DNA of 64,000 nucleotides from an uncultured Gemmatimonadales bacterium (lineage in GTDB: Bacteria > Gemmatimonadota > Gemmatimonadetes > Longimicrobiales > Gaopeijiaceae). Shown piece by piece: positions 1 to 9,340 of the stretch (positions within the stretch are counted from its first letter, which is position 1; each line of letters opens with the position of its first letter). The DNA is taken from contig CAWELD010000003.1 of assembly GCA_963809895.1 (NCBI GenBank), positions 1,024,001-1,088,000 on the forward strand. The letters run 5' to 3'. The notes under the pieces are model-generated. The model had not been told where the DNA came from, made no database searches, and saw only the letters and a program-made list of their open reading frames with translations. The translations under genes and the position numbers were made by a program.

Positions 1-255
1 TTCAGGTGAAACGCGCGGATCGGACGAGGGGATGTCGTGATGGGCGTGGAGCGGCGACTCGTCGTTGGGACGGGGTGATGCGCGGCTGACGATCGCAGCT
101 GCCGAGGGGGTGGCGTCCCGATCTCGGGACGGCCCGTGTGGGAAGAATCCCCACAGTGCACCACTCGGGTTACCCGACAGGGTCGAGGTTGTCGACAGAG
201 AGAAACCCCATATACTCATGATGAACACCTAATTCATCCGACGGAGGGGCAGGAC

Positions 256-699
256 ATGAACCTGGCAACGCGAGCACTCACGGTGGGGGCCCTGCTGTCG
301 CTGAGCGCGCTGGCGGCGTGCGGCGGTGAGCAGAGCAACGCGGAGGGGGGCGGCACCACCGCCGGTGCCGCGACGGGGGCTGCGCAATCGGTCGAGATCA
401 CGCCCGCGGCGCGTGAGGAAGCCCAGAACATCTTCTCGACCCGATGCGCGGTCTGCCACGGCGCGGAGGGTCGTGGGGACGGCCCGGGCGGCGCCGGTCT
501 CGACCCGAAACCGCGCAATTATCACGACCAGGCCTGGCAGGACAGCGTCCCGGACGAGGAGATCGAGAGAGCGATCATCTACGGCGGTGCCGCCGTGGGC
601 CGAAGCCCCGCCATGGTGGGCAACCCCGACCTGGCGAGCAAGCCGGCGGTCGTGGCGGCGCTGAGGGAGATCATCCGGAACTTCGGGAAGCAGAAGTAG
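256..699 (+). CDS. Monoheme c-type cytochrome lipoprotein, nos-associated
   Basis: Lipobox LAAC, CAVCH heme motif, distal Met (SPAM); GGAGG RBS before ATG 256; directly upstream of nosZ. Confidence 0.85.
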   Translation: MNLATRALTVGALLSLSALAACGGEQSNAEGGGTTAGAATGAAQSVEITPAAREEAQNIFSTRCAVCHGAEGRGDGPGGAGLDPKPRNYHDQAWQDSVPDEEIERAIIYGGAAVGRSPAMVGNPDLASKPAVVAALREIIRNFGKQK

Positions 700-739
700 C
701 GTCGCGGCTGCGGCGAACCAACACACCAAGGAGAGACCC

Positions 740-2704
740 ATGATCGGGAATCACTGGACGAGCCGGACGGCCCGTCGGCTCCTGGCGGCGGCCGCGGCGG
801 CGATGCTGGCCGCGTGCACCGGGCAGGGCGGCGACGGAGCCGGCGGTGCCTCGGTTCAAGACCTCATGAGGACCCGGAACCTCAGCGAAGCCGACGTCGT
901 GGCGGCGCTCAAGACGTACACGCCGACCGGTCGCACCGACCCCTTCGTGATGTTCGCCTCGGGCGGCCACAGCGGTCAGGTGCTGGTGATCGGCGTCCCC
1001 TCGATGCGGATCCTCAAGTACATCGGCGTCTTCACGCCCGAGCCCTGGCAAGGCTACGGCTTCGACGACCAGACCCGGGAGCTCATGACCGCGAGCTCGC
1101 CGGCGGGCAAGTCCCTCACCTGGGGCGACAGCCACCATCCGGCGCTCAGCGAGACCAACGGCGACTACGACGGGCAGTTCCTCTTCATCAACGACAAGGC
1201 GAACGCCCGCATCGCGGTCGTCAGCCTGAAGGACTTCGTGACCACGCAGATCGTGCACTCACCGATCCTGGGCACGGACCACGGCGGCAGCTTCGTCACG
1301 CCCAACACCGAATACGTCATCGAGGGTGGGCAGTACCCGGTGCCGCTCGACGGCAGCTATCAACCCATCTCGAGCTTCGACGACACGTACCGCGGAGCGG
1401 TCATGTTCTGGAAGTTCGACCGCGACAGCGGCCGTATCGACCCTTCGCAGTCCTTTGCCCTGGAGCTGCCGCCCTACATGCAGGACCTCTCCGACGCGGG
1501 CAAGCTCGTGAGTGACGGCTGGGCGTTCATCAACTCGTTCGACACCGAGCGCGCGCACGGTGGCAACGCGGAGGGTCAGCCCCCGCTCGAGTCGGGCGCG
1601 TCGCAGAACGACATGGACTACCTGCACGTCATCAACTGGCGAAAGGCCGCCGACGTGGCCACCGAGCCCGGGAAGACGCGCACGATCCGCGGCGTGCGGG
1701 TGATCCCGCTCTCCACGGCGGTCGACGAGGGCCTGCTCTACTTCGTGCCCGAGCCCAAGAGCCCGCACGGTGTCGACGTGACCCCGGACGGACAGTACAT
1801 GGCCATCTCGGGCAAGCTCGACACGCACGAGACGGTCTACTCGTGGGCCAAGATCAAGCAGGCGATCGACGACGGCGACTTCGAGGGCAACGACCCCTAC
1901 GGCGTGCCGATCATCGGCTTCCAGACCGCGCTGCACGGCCAGGTCGAGCTCGGCCTGGGACCGCTCCACACCCAGTGGGACGACCAGGGCAACGGCTACA
2001 CGTCGCTCTTCATCGAGTCGAAGATCGCGAAGTGGTCGCTGCAGGACATGGCGCTCGTGGAGAAGATCCCGGTGCACTACAACATCGGCCACCTCGCCAC
2101 GCCCGAAGGCGACACCCAGCACCCGAAGGGCCAGTACGTGATCGCGCTCGACAAATGGTCGATCGACCGCTTCAACAACGTCGGGCCGCTCATGCCGCAG
2201 AACATGCAGCTAATCGACGCCAGCACATCGCCGATGCAAATGCTGTACGACCTGCCCATCGGCCTGGGTGAGCCGCACTACGCGCAGATCATCAGCGCGG
2301 ACAAGCTCGATCCCCAGCAGATGTACAGCCCGGTCGGCGAGAACCAGGTCACGCACCAGCACGACCCCAACGCCGTGACGTCCGAAGCGGACGCTCGGGT
2401 GGAGCGCCACGGGCGCTCGGTGGACGTCTACATGACGGCGGTGCGCAGCCACTTCACGCCGGACCGCGTGGAGGTGAACCGGGGCGACACGGTGCACTTC
2501 CATCTGACCAACCTCGAGCAGACGCCGGACGCCACGCACGGGTTCGGCCTGGGCGAGTACGACGTGAACCTGAGCCTCGAGCCCGGGAAGACCGCCGACG
2601 TCACGATCGTGGCCGACAAGACCGGTGTCTTCCCCTACTACTGCACCGAGTTCTGCTCGGCGCTGCACCTCGAGATGATGGGCTACATGCTCGTCAAGCC
2701 ATGA
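740..2704 (+). CDS. nosZ: Nitrous oxide reductase, clade II (Sec/lipoprotein type)
   Basis: SGGHSGQ, DSHH, PKSPHG, GPLH, GEPH CuZ motifs; C-terminal CuA motif CTEFCSALHLEM; LAAC lipobox rather than a Tat consensus. Confidence 0.97.
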   Translation: MIGNHWTSRTARRLLAAAAAAMLAACTGQGGDGAGGASVQDLMRTRNLSEADVVAALKTYTPTGRTDPFVMFASGGHSGQVLVIGVPSMRILKYIGVFTPEPWQGYGFDDQTRELMTASSPAGKSLTWGDSHHPALSETNGDYDGQFLFINDKANARIAVVSLKDFVTTQIVHSPILGTDHGGSFVTPNTEYVIEGGQYPVPLDGSYQPISSFDDTYRGAVMFWKFDRDSGRIDPSQSFALELPPYMQDLSDAGKLVSDGWAFINSFDTERAHGGNAEGQPPLESGASQNDMDYLHVINWRKAADVATEPGKTRTIRGVRVIPLSTAVDEGLLYFVPEPKSPHGVDVTPDGQYMAISGKLDTHETVYSWAKIKQAIDDGDFEGNDPYGVPIIGFQTALHGQVELGLGPLHTQWDDQGNGYTSLFIESKIAKWSLQDMALVEKIPVHYNIGHLATPEGDTQHPKGQYVIALDKWSIDRFNNVGPLMPQNMQLIDASTSPMQMLYDLPIGLGEPHYAQIISADKLDPQQMYSPVGENQVTHQHDPNAVTSEADARVERHGRSVDVYMTAVRSHFTPDRVEVNRGDTVHFHLTNLEQTPDATHGFGLGEYDVNLSLEPGKTADVTIVADKTGVFPYYCTEFCSALHLEMMGYMLVKP

Positions 2705-4053
2705 CCACCGCCGTGCCGAGAAGCCACAGGATCGCCAGGATCGGCGTGGCCCTCGCGGTCGCGTGTGTGCTGATCGCGGCACGGCGAACCGGTACGTCTC
2801 CGGCGGCGCCCGACCGGTCTCCGGTCGCGGCGCCTGCCGGCGGCCATGAAGCGGCCTGCCCTGCCGACGGCGTGCGGGTCCCGGCCGACACCCCCCTTCA
2901 ACCCCTCGTCGACTCCACGGCGGCCGGCACGGTGCTCTGCCTCGCGCCCGGCCACTACGAGGGCCCCCTCGAGATCCACAGGTCCCTCACGCTGCAGGGT
3001 CCGGCGACGGCGGTACTCGCCTCCGACGGCCAGGGCACCACGCTCCGCCTGCTGGCCGACAGCGCGGCGATCGAGGGATTCACGGTGGAAGGAAGCGGAC
3101 GGCGCTACGACAAGATGGACGCGGCCGTCTACCTGAAGGGACGAGCCCTCACGGTCCGGAACCTCACGGTGCGGGACGCATTGTTCGGCATCGTGGTCGA
3201 GCAATCGGAAGGCGTGACCATCGCCGCCAACCAGGTGTTCGGCCTGGCGGATCTGCCGGTGGGCGTGCGCGGAGACGGCATCCGCCTCTGGGAGGTGCGC
3301 CACTCCCTGATCGTCGGGAACCACCTGGAGGACTCGAGAGACATCCTGGTGTGGTACTCGCCGGGCAACCGGATCACCCACAACACGGTGGTCGGCAGCC
3401 GGTACGCCACCCACTTCATGTACTCGGACGACTGCGTGGTGGACAGCGCCGACTACCGGCAGAACATCGTGGGCGTGTTCGTGATGTACTCGCGCGGTGT
3501 CACCCTCGTCGGCAACACCATCGCGGACAACGCCGTGGCCGACGGCATGGGGCTGGGCGTGAAGGAATCCGGCAATCTGACGGTGGTGGACAACCGCTTC
3601 GTCCACGACCACGACTGCCTCTACCTCGATACCTCCCCGTTCCGTAAGGGCGACACCGTGCTGGTGCACGGCAACACCTTCGCGCGCTGCGACGCGGCCG
3701 TGACGTTCCACTCGAGCGAGCGGCACAACACCTTCACGGACAACGCCTTCCAGGACAACCAGATCCACGTGGCCGTGGAGGGCCGCGGCACGGCGCGCGA
3801 CGTGGTCTGGGAGGGCAACTACTTCGACGACTACCAGGGCTACGACCTGGACGGTGACGGGCGGGGTGACGTGGCCTACGAGCTACGCAGCCTCTCCGAG
3901 CAGCTCGTACAGGGCCATCCCCGCCTGGCGTTCTTCAGGGGGACCATCGCGCTCGCGTTGCTCGACGTGGCCGCGCGCGTGTTCCCCCTGCTTCAGCCCG
4001 AGACCCTTCTGGTGGACCCACAGCCTCGCATGGCCCCTCCGGGTGCCGTGTGA
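2701..4053 (+). CDS. nosD: NosD copper-maturation beta-helix protein
   Basis: RGDGIRLW, RYATHFMYS, GNYFDDYQGYDLDGDGRGD motifs; ATGA overlap with nosZ. Confidence 0.93.
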   Translation: MTTAVPRSHRIARIGVALAVACVLIAARRTGTSPAAPDRSPVAAPAGGHEAACPADGVRVPADTPLQPLVDSTAAGTVLCLAPGHYEGPLEIHRSLTLQGPATAVLASDGQGTTLRLLADSAAIEGFTVEGSGRRYDKMDAAVYLKGRALTVRNLTVRDALFGIVVEQSEGVTIAANQVFGLADLPVGVRGDGIRLWEVRHSLIVGNHLEDSRDILVWYSPGNRITHNTVVGSRYATHFMYSDDCVVDSADYRQNIVGVFVMYSRGVTLVGNTIADNAVADGMGLGVKESGNLTVVDNRFVHDHDCLYLDTSPFRKGDTVLVHGNTFARCDAAVTFHSSERHNTFTDNAFQDNQIHVAVEGRGTARDVVWEGNYFDDYQGYDLDGDGRGDVAYELRSLSEQLVQGHPRLAFFRGTIALALLDVAARVFPLLQPETLLVDPQPRMAPPGAV

Positions 4054-4072
4054 GCGGAGGCGAGAGAGGACG

Positions 4073-4834
4073 ATGCGCGTAGAGCTGCGTGACGTGACCA
4101 AGCGCTTCGGGGGTGTGCGGGCGCTCGAGTCGGTCTCCCTGGACGTCGCCGCGGGCGACCGCGTCGCCCTGGTCGGCCCGAACGGGTCGGGCAAGTCGAC
4201 GCTCGTGCGCGCCATCATGGGCATCGTACACTGCGAGGGCACCGTTCGACTGGACGGGCTCGATCCCTTCGAGCACCGCACCCGACTCGCCGCGCGCCTC
4301 GCCTACGTGCCGCAGATCGCCCCGCAGCTCGGCGCCACCGTGGGTGAGGTGGCCCGGGCCGTGGCGACACTGCGCGGCCTCGACCCGGCCGACATCCGAA
4401 GCACGGCCGCGGAGATCGATCTGGACCTGGATGCGCTCGGGCGGAGGCCGGTCCGCACGCTCTCCGGGGGAATGAAGCAGAAGCTGCTCATCAGCCTGGC
4501 GTTCGCGGCTCCAGTGTCCCTGCTGATCCTGGACGAGCCCACGGCCAGTCTGGACAAACAGGCCCGGGAGGCGTTCTTCCGGCTCTTCGAGGAACGCGCC
4601 GAGGGCGCCACCCTCCTGCTCTGTTCGCACCGGCTCGACGAGGTGCGTCGGCTGGTGGGCCGCGTGGCCGCCGTCGAAGACGGACGCCTGGTGCTGGACG
4701 CATCGGTGTCGGCGCCGGAAGTGGCCGAACGGCTCCACCACGGAGCGTGGTGGCAGGAGGTGCGCGACGTGGCCCGCCGGGAGAAGCCGAGGTTCCCCGA
4801 CGAGCGGGCGCTGGCCGCCGGAGGGTACGCGTGA
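4073..4834 (+). CDS. nosF: ABC transporter ATPase NosF
   Basis: GPNGSGKS, LSGGMKQK, LILDEP; position in nos operon. Confidence 0.88.
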   Translation: MRVELRDVTKRFGGVRALESVSLDVAAGDRVALVGPNGSGKSTLVRAIMGIVHCEGTVRLDGLDPFEHRTRLAARLAYVPQIAPQLGATVGEVARAVATLRGLDPADIRSTAAEIDLDLDALGRRPVRTLSGGMKQKLLISLAFAAPVSLLILDEPTASLDKQAREAFFRLFEERAEGATLLLCSHRLDEVRRLVGRVAAVEDGRLVLDASVSAPEVAERLHHGAWWQEVRDVARREKPRFPDERALAAGGYA

Positions 4835-5727
4835 GCGCCCGGACGGCGGCGGCCGGGACACCGCTGGATGGCGCGGCCGTGCCGATTCCCGAGCGCTGGC
4901 AGCGCCTGGCCGCACTGGCTCGCCTCGAGCTCGGCGAGGTGCTGCGCTCGCGGTGGCTCCTGTTCTGCGCGGGGCTGTACGCCGCGCTCGCGGCGCTCTT
5001 CATCGTGGTCGGGCTGCGCGAGTCCGGCGTGATGGGCTTCACGGGCATGTCGCGCGTGCTGCTCTCGCTCAGCCATGCGCTGGTGGTCCTCCTGCCCCTG
5101 CTGGCGCTGACCGGGACCGGGCAGGTGGTGAGTCGGGCGCGTCGGGACGGCACCCTGGAGCTTCTGTTCAGCCAGCCGGTCACGCGCGCGGACTACTTCG
5201 GCGCGGTCACCATGGTGCGCTACGGCGCCCTCTTCGTGCCGCTGCTCGTGCTGATGCCCACCCTGGCCGTCGTCGGATCGCTCGTGTTCGGGCAACCGGT
5301 GCCCTGGGCCTTCCTGGCCCGCGCGCTCACGGTCAGCGCCGCCCTGCTCTGGAGCTTCACGGGCATCGGGCTCGCCATCTCCACCCGGGTGAGCGAGCCC
5401 GATCGCGCCATGATGTACCTGCTCCTCGCATGGGTGCTGGGCGTGGCCCTGCTCGATTTCGGGCTCGTGGGGCTGATGCTGCAGTGGGACCTGCCGGCTG
5501 CCGCCGTGTTCGCGCTGGCCGGCCTCAACCCGGTGGAGATGGCCCGCCTGGCGCTGCTCTCGGGGGCCGAACCCTCGCTCGGTACGCTGGGACCGGTAGG
5601 ATTCTGGATGTCTGGCCGCCTCGGTTCAGCATGGCTCTTCGCGGCCGGTGTGCTCTGGCCGCTGCTGGTCGGCTCGGGCGCATGGTGGATGGCCCGGCGG
5701 CGGCTGTCGACGGGCGATCTGGTGTGA
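4831..5727 (+). CDS. nosY: ABC-2 permease NosY
   Basis: Multi-TM protein with GTLELLFSQPVTR and LNPV motifs; GTGA overlap with nosF. Confidence 0.85.
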   Translation: MSARTAAAGTPLDGAAVPIPERWQRLAALARLELGEVLRSRWLLFCAGLYAALAALFIVVGLRESGVMGFTGMSRVLLSLSHALVVLLPLLALTGTGQVVSRARRDGTLELLFSQPVTRADYFGAVTMVRYGALFVPLLVLMPTLAVVGSLVFGQPVPWAFLARALTVSAALLWSFTGIGLAISTRVSEPDRAMMYLLLAWVLGVALLDFGLVGLMLQWDLPAAAVFALAGLNPVEMARLALLSGAEPSLGTLGPVGFWMSGRLGSAWLFAAGVLWPLLVGSGAWWMARRRLSTGDLV

Positions 5728-5793
5728 CGACGAAGACCTGGACGGATGCGGCGAACGACGGGCCTCGATACGGGCCCATGGAGGGATAGAACG

Positions 5794-6450
5794 GTGACGC
5801 TGGAAAACAAACTGCGGCCCCTGGTGGACCGCTTCGAGGAGTTCCTGGACGAGCCGATCCGGTTTCGCAGCCGGATCCTGCTGGCGCTGTTGGTGATTCC
5901 GCTCGTGCTCAGCTTCACGCAGCCGCTCTGGCGCATCAGCATGGAGGCGCCACAGTACCCACAGGGGCTGCACATGGACGTGTACGCCTACAAGCTGAGC
6001 GGCGGGCACGACGGGCACGACATCGCCGAGATCAACGAGCTCAACCACTACATCGGGATGCGCAGGATCGAGCGGGCCCAGTTCCAGGACCTGGACTGGA
6101 TCCCGTTCGCGCTCGGGCTCCTGACCATCCTCACGCTGAGGGCCGCCGCCATCGGCAAGGTGCGCTCGCTCATCGACCTGAGCGTGATGACGCTCTACAT
6201 CGGCGCGTTCTCCATGGCCCGCTTCGTCTACAAGCTCTGGGTGTTCGGCCACGACCTCGATCCGCGCGCGCCCGTGAACATCAAGCCCTTCATGCCAGTG
6301 GTGGTGGGCACGAAACAGGTCGCCAACTTCACTACCCACTCCTGGCCGAACTGGGGCACGGCGCTCATGTCGACCTTTGCGGTGGGCGTCCTGGGGATCG
6401 CGGTCTGGCACTGCTGGGTGGGCTACCGGGAGGCCTGGGTAAAACGGTAG
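5794..6450 (+). CDS. nosB: NosB-like membrane protein of clade II nos clusters
   Basis: PLWRISMEAPQYPQGL, INELNHYIGM, FGHDLDPRAP, GTKQVANF motifs. Confidence 0.8.
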   Translation: MTLENKLRPLVDRFEEFLDEPIRFRSRILLALLVIPLVLSFTQPLWRISMEAPQYPQGLHMDVYAYKLSGGHDGHDIAEINELNHYIGMRRIERAQFQDLDWIPFALGLLTILTLRAAAIGKVRSLIDLSVMTLYIGAFSMARFVYKLWVFGHDLDPRAPVNIKPFMPVVVGTKQVANFTTHSWPNWGTALMSTFAVGVLGIAVWHCWVGYREAWVKR

Positions 6451-6499
6451 CCCGAGCCACCGAGGCAGGCGCCGGCAGGGTGACCCGAGCGCCGCTCGC

Positions 6500-7267
6500 C
6501 TACGTGCGCCAGGCTATGGAGGCCACCGCGTAGTGCAGCCAGGCGAAGTTGTACACGGATTCGACATCGGCGCCACCTTCCACCGTGCGGTAGCCCGCTC
6601 GGACCGACCACCGACGGCCCAGGTCGTAGCCCAGCTTCAGTGACGCGTCGATGGCACGCCCCGGCCCACCCGCGAGGCCGTCGGCGTCGAGGGAGAGGCG
6701 CCATCGCGTGCCGAAGCGCCGATCCCCCGCCAGATGGAGCAGAGGCACGAAGCCGACATCGTCCTTTCGACTGCGCGTGGAGCTCTGAGCCAAGGCGATC
6801 GACGCGTCCCGCACCTTGGCCGTGAATCCGACCCAGGCCGCCGATCGCTCGCTCGAATGGAAGCGCCACCGGTACGACGCGCGGTAGGAGTTGAAGGTAT
6901 AGGTGGCTTCGACCGGCACGCTTCCGACGTACCTCTGCCCCGCGAAATCGACCGGCCGGGACAGCGTACCGCGCTCCGTCACCGACAGGGGCGCGTACAG
7001 CAGGCGCACCTCGTGGCGTTCCGACAGGTGCCACGTCAGGTAGATCCGGCCGACCGCCCACGGGCCGGCGCCCACGAGGTCCGAGAGCGAGAACCGGGTG
7101 GCAGTGCCGTCGTTGGGGATCTCGACGTCGTTGCGGGTCTGCCAGGCCAGCCCACCCTCCACCTCGAGCGACAACGAGAACGTCTGAGCGGCGACCACCC
7201 CCGGAAGGAACGCCCACATCAGGCCCAGCCCCACGGCACCGCGGAAGCCGCTCAGCCATGCTCTCAC
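6500..7267 (-). CDS. Putative outer-membrane beta-barrel protein
   Basis: Signal peptide, alternating aromatic beta-strand pattern, W near C-terminus; start uncertain. Confidence 0.6.
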   Translation of the reverse strand: MRAWLSGFRGAVGLGLMWAFLPGVVAAQTFSLSLEVEGGLAWQTRNDVEIPNDGTATRFSLSDLVGAGPWAVGRIYLTWHLSERHEVRLLYAPLSVTERGTLSRPVDFAGQRYVGSVPVEATYTFNSYRASYRWRFHSSERSAAWVGFTAKVRDASIALAQSSTRSRKDDVGFVPLLHLAGDRRFGTRWRLSLDADGLAGGPGRAIDASLKLGYDLGRRWSVRAGYRTVEGGADVESVYNFAWLHYAVASIAWRT

Positions 7268-7311
7268 AAGGGCCTCCGGTTCCTTCGCAAGTTATTCGGA
7301 CAACAAGATAA

Positions 7312-7385
<74 letters not shown>

Positions 7386-8080
7386 GGATGCTATGAACAC
7401 GTCTAGCGCAATTACCTCGATTCCTGGCACGATTTGAGCTGTAGAACTCCGTGCGCTGCTGGGGCGCATATCGGGCACAAGCGCTGGCCAGCTTCACTCC
7501 GAGTCCCTCTCGACCTCGTCCACGAGGTCCCGCGATCTGACCGTGTAGCCCTCGACCACGCAGATCCTGATGTCCGGACGCACGTTCATCGGCGGGAGCT
7601 GATCGGAAGCCCATCGTACAAAGGCACCCGGCTCAAGTCCATTGGAGACGGCGGCCGGAACTCCGAGCGTCAGACGGTACCTGCGTAGCGGCACGGGTCG
7701 GACCTCCCCGTCCTGAGGGTCCACAGGGTCCTGAAGGGGAACGCGAGGGAATCTCTCATACCTTCCCCCCGTCGGGAACCCCCAGTGGCCTATTCCACTG
7801 CTCGCGACCGACCCCATCTCCTACTGACGCGCATCTGCAAGAACCCGAGGACGGCGAGGTCGCCTCTCGTCGAAGGGCAATCCGAGGACTGTGGGTGGTG
7901 GTCGGTCACCTGTTTCCCCTGCCCGAGGACTGCGAAAGCTCCGCCTTCCGCGCCGCCAAGCGGGTGACCGATGGATGTCGCGACCAAGACACTGTGGCGA
8001 TCGGCGCAGACCGGCCTGAGCGGCTCGAGGGCCCTGCGATGTGGAGGGTGCGAGGGACTAGCCAACGGGCAGATCCCGAG

Positions 8081-8173
8081 CCTCGAATGACACGAGCCTG
8101 GCAAGGCCGCAAAGCCTTGCGGGCTCGTCTCAATCCAGAGCGGGCGACCGCGCTCAAACCTGCGACCCGCAGC
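8081..8173. repeat. Degenerate copy of the tRNA-Gly att core plus the element-side hairpin
   Basis: 8134-8173 matches 46024-46063 at 36/40; 8092-8118 matches 45980-46006 at 26/27. Confidence 0.85.
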
Positions 8174-8252
8174 ATATGCTTGCGGGAATCCTGCCTCGGC
8201 AGTAGATAGCGGATAGGCTGGCCTATCCCACGGTGGCGGCAGCGCACCCATC

Positions 8253-8825
8253 ATGATCGTACCCCACGACGGCGACGTGGACCTCTTCGAGCAGTTCTAC
8301 CGGGACTGGTGGGAGAAGGTGAGGAGCACGGCGAGGACCTTGCTCGGGTCGGATGACGAGGCGCAGAATGCGGCACAACGCGTATTCGCACGCGTCTGGC
8401 GCACCGGTGCATGGAGGACCATCGAACGGCCTGGGGACTTCTTCCACAGGGCGGCCGTGAACGAGGCCTTGAGCATACAGCGGCGGCAGACGCGAGCCGA
8501 CAAGTTCAGCCGTCAACTCGCCAGGGTGGATCCTCTCGTTCCCGAGAGTCCCGACGCGCCGCTGATCCGTCACGAGCGACGCGCGATACTCGAACAGATG
8601 ATCGAGCGATTGCCCCACCGCTGTGGTATCATCTGCCGACTCGTGTACCTGCACGAGTTGACGCACAGCGAGGCGGCGCGCGCGCTGGGGATATCTGTAG
8701 GCGCCGTCGAGAAACAAGTGGCTCGGGCCCGCCGCAGCCTTCGGAGCCTGGCCGGAGAACCGCGTGATGCTGTGTCACCTATTGAGGTCGGGGGGGGGGG
8801 TGGAGGGGGTTCGCACGTCTCATAG
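8253..8825 (+). CDS. ECF-type RNA polymerase sigma-70 factor
   Basis: Region 2-like FEQFYR..DEAQNAAQRVF..RAAVNEAL; region 4 LPHRC..EAARALGISVGAVEKQVARAR. Confidence 0.85.
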   Translation: MIVPHDGDVDLFEQFYRDWWEKVRSTARTLLGSDDEAQNAAQRVFARVWRTGAWRTIERPGDFFHRAAVNEALSIQRRQTRADKFSRQLARVDPLVPESPDAPLIRHERRAILEQMIERLPHRCGIICRLVYLHELTHSEAARALGISVGAVEKQVARARRSLRSLAGEPRDAVSPIEVGGGGGGGSHVS

Positions 8826-8925
8826 GGTGAACTGCGGATCACGAATGTGTCCGCGCTTGGCCCCCATGGAGAGCGTGTGGGATCGTGGGGCGCCACCACC
8901 CTGTCCCTGTCGATGGAGGGATCCG

Positions 8926-9171
8926 ATGAACATCCTCAAGTCCGCTCGTGTGAGACTTCTCCTCGTCGCGAACGCGATCGCCTTTGCGTTCATGTTCGCC
9001 AGCGCCGCATCAGTGCGAGCCGACGGCGAAGGATGGGAGACCTTCTGTCCGCCGACGGTCGAGGGGTGCGACTGTGGCCCGGAGATACCCTTCTCCCCGG
9101 CTGGCTGTTACGACAACGGTGGGGATATCATCCTCTGCTCGTCGAACGCGTACTGCACCAACCCTGAATAG
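8926..9171 (+). CDS. Secreted Cys-rich peptide (81 aa; 49-aa mature part with 6 Cys)
   Basis: GGAGGG RBS; Sec signal ending ASVRA; mature DGEGWETFCPPTVEGCDCGPEIPFSPAGCYDNGGDIILCSSNAYCTNPE. Confidence 0.8.
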   Translation: MNILKSARVRLLLVANAIAFAFMFASAASVRADGEGWETFCPPTVEGCDCGPEIPFSPAGCYDNGGDIILCSSNAYCTNPE

Positions 9172-9180
9172 CCGAGGAAC

Positions 9181-9212
9181 GCGTGGCACCCCGCGAGAGT
9201 GGGGTGCCACGC
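9181..9212 (+). other. 14-bp GNRA-loop hairpin after the peptide gene (no U-tract; mRNA stability or attenuation element)
   Basis: GCGTGGCACCCCGC-GAGA-GTGGGGTGCCACGC. Confidence 0.7.
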
Positions 9213-9340
9213 ACGGCAACCCGCCCATCTTCGCGCGGCGGGGAAGCGCGCGACCAGTCACCAGCCCCCGGTGTCCGATCGGCTCTGGCAAGTCCGAAGA
9301 GCACGTTGGACTCCGCAGTCGCTATCGGAGGCCATGCCCA

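Noticed and set aside
7494..7817. 107-aa minus-strand ORF beside tRNA-Arg
   Set aside because: No recognisable motif or clear RBS; lies in decayed island DNA
8790..8809. Poly-G tract as a phase-variation switch in the sigma gene
   Set aside because: It lies after region 4, so length changes would alter only the last few residues; may also be a homopolymer error
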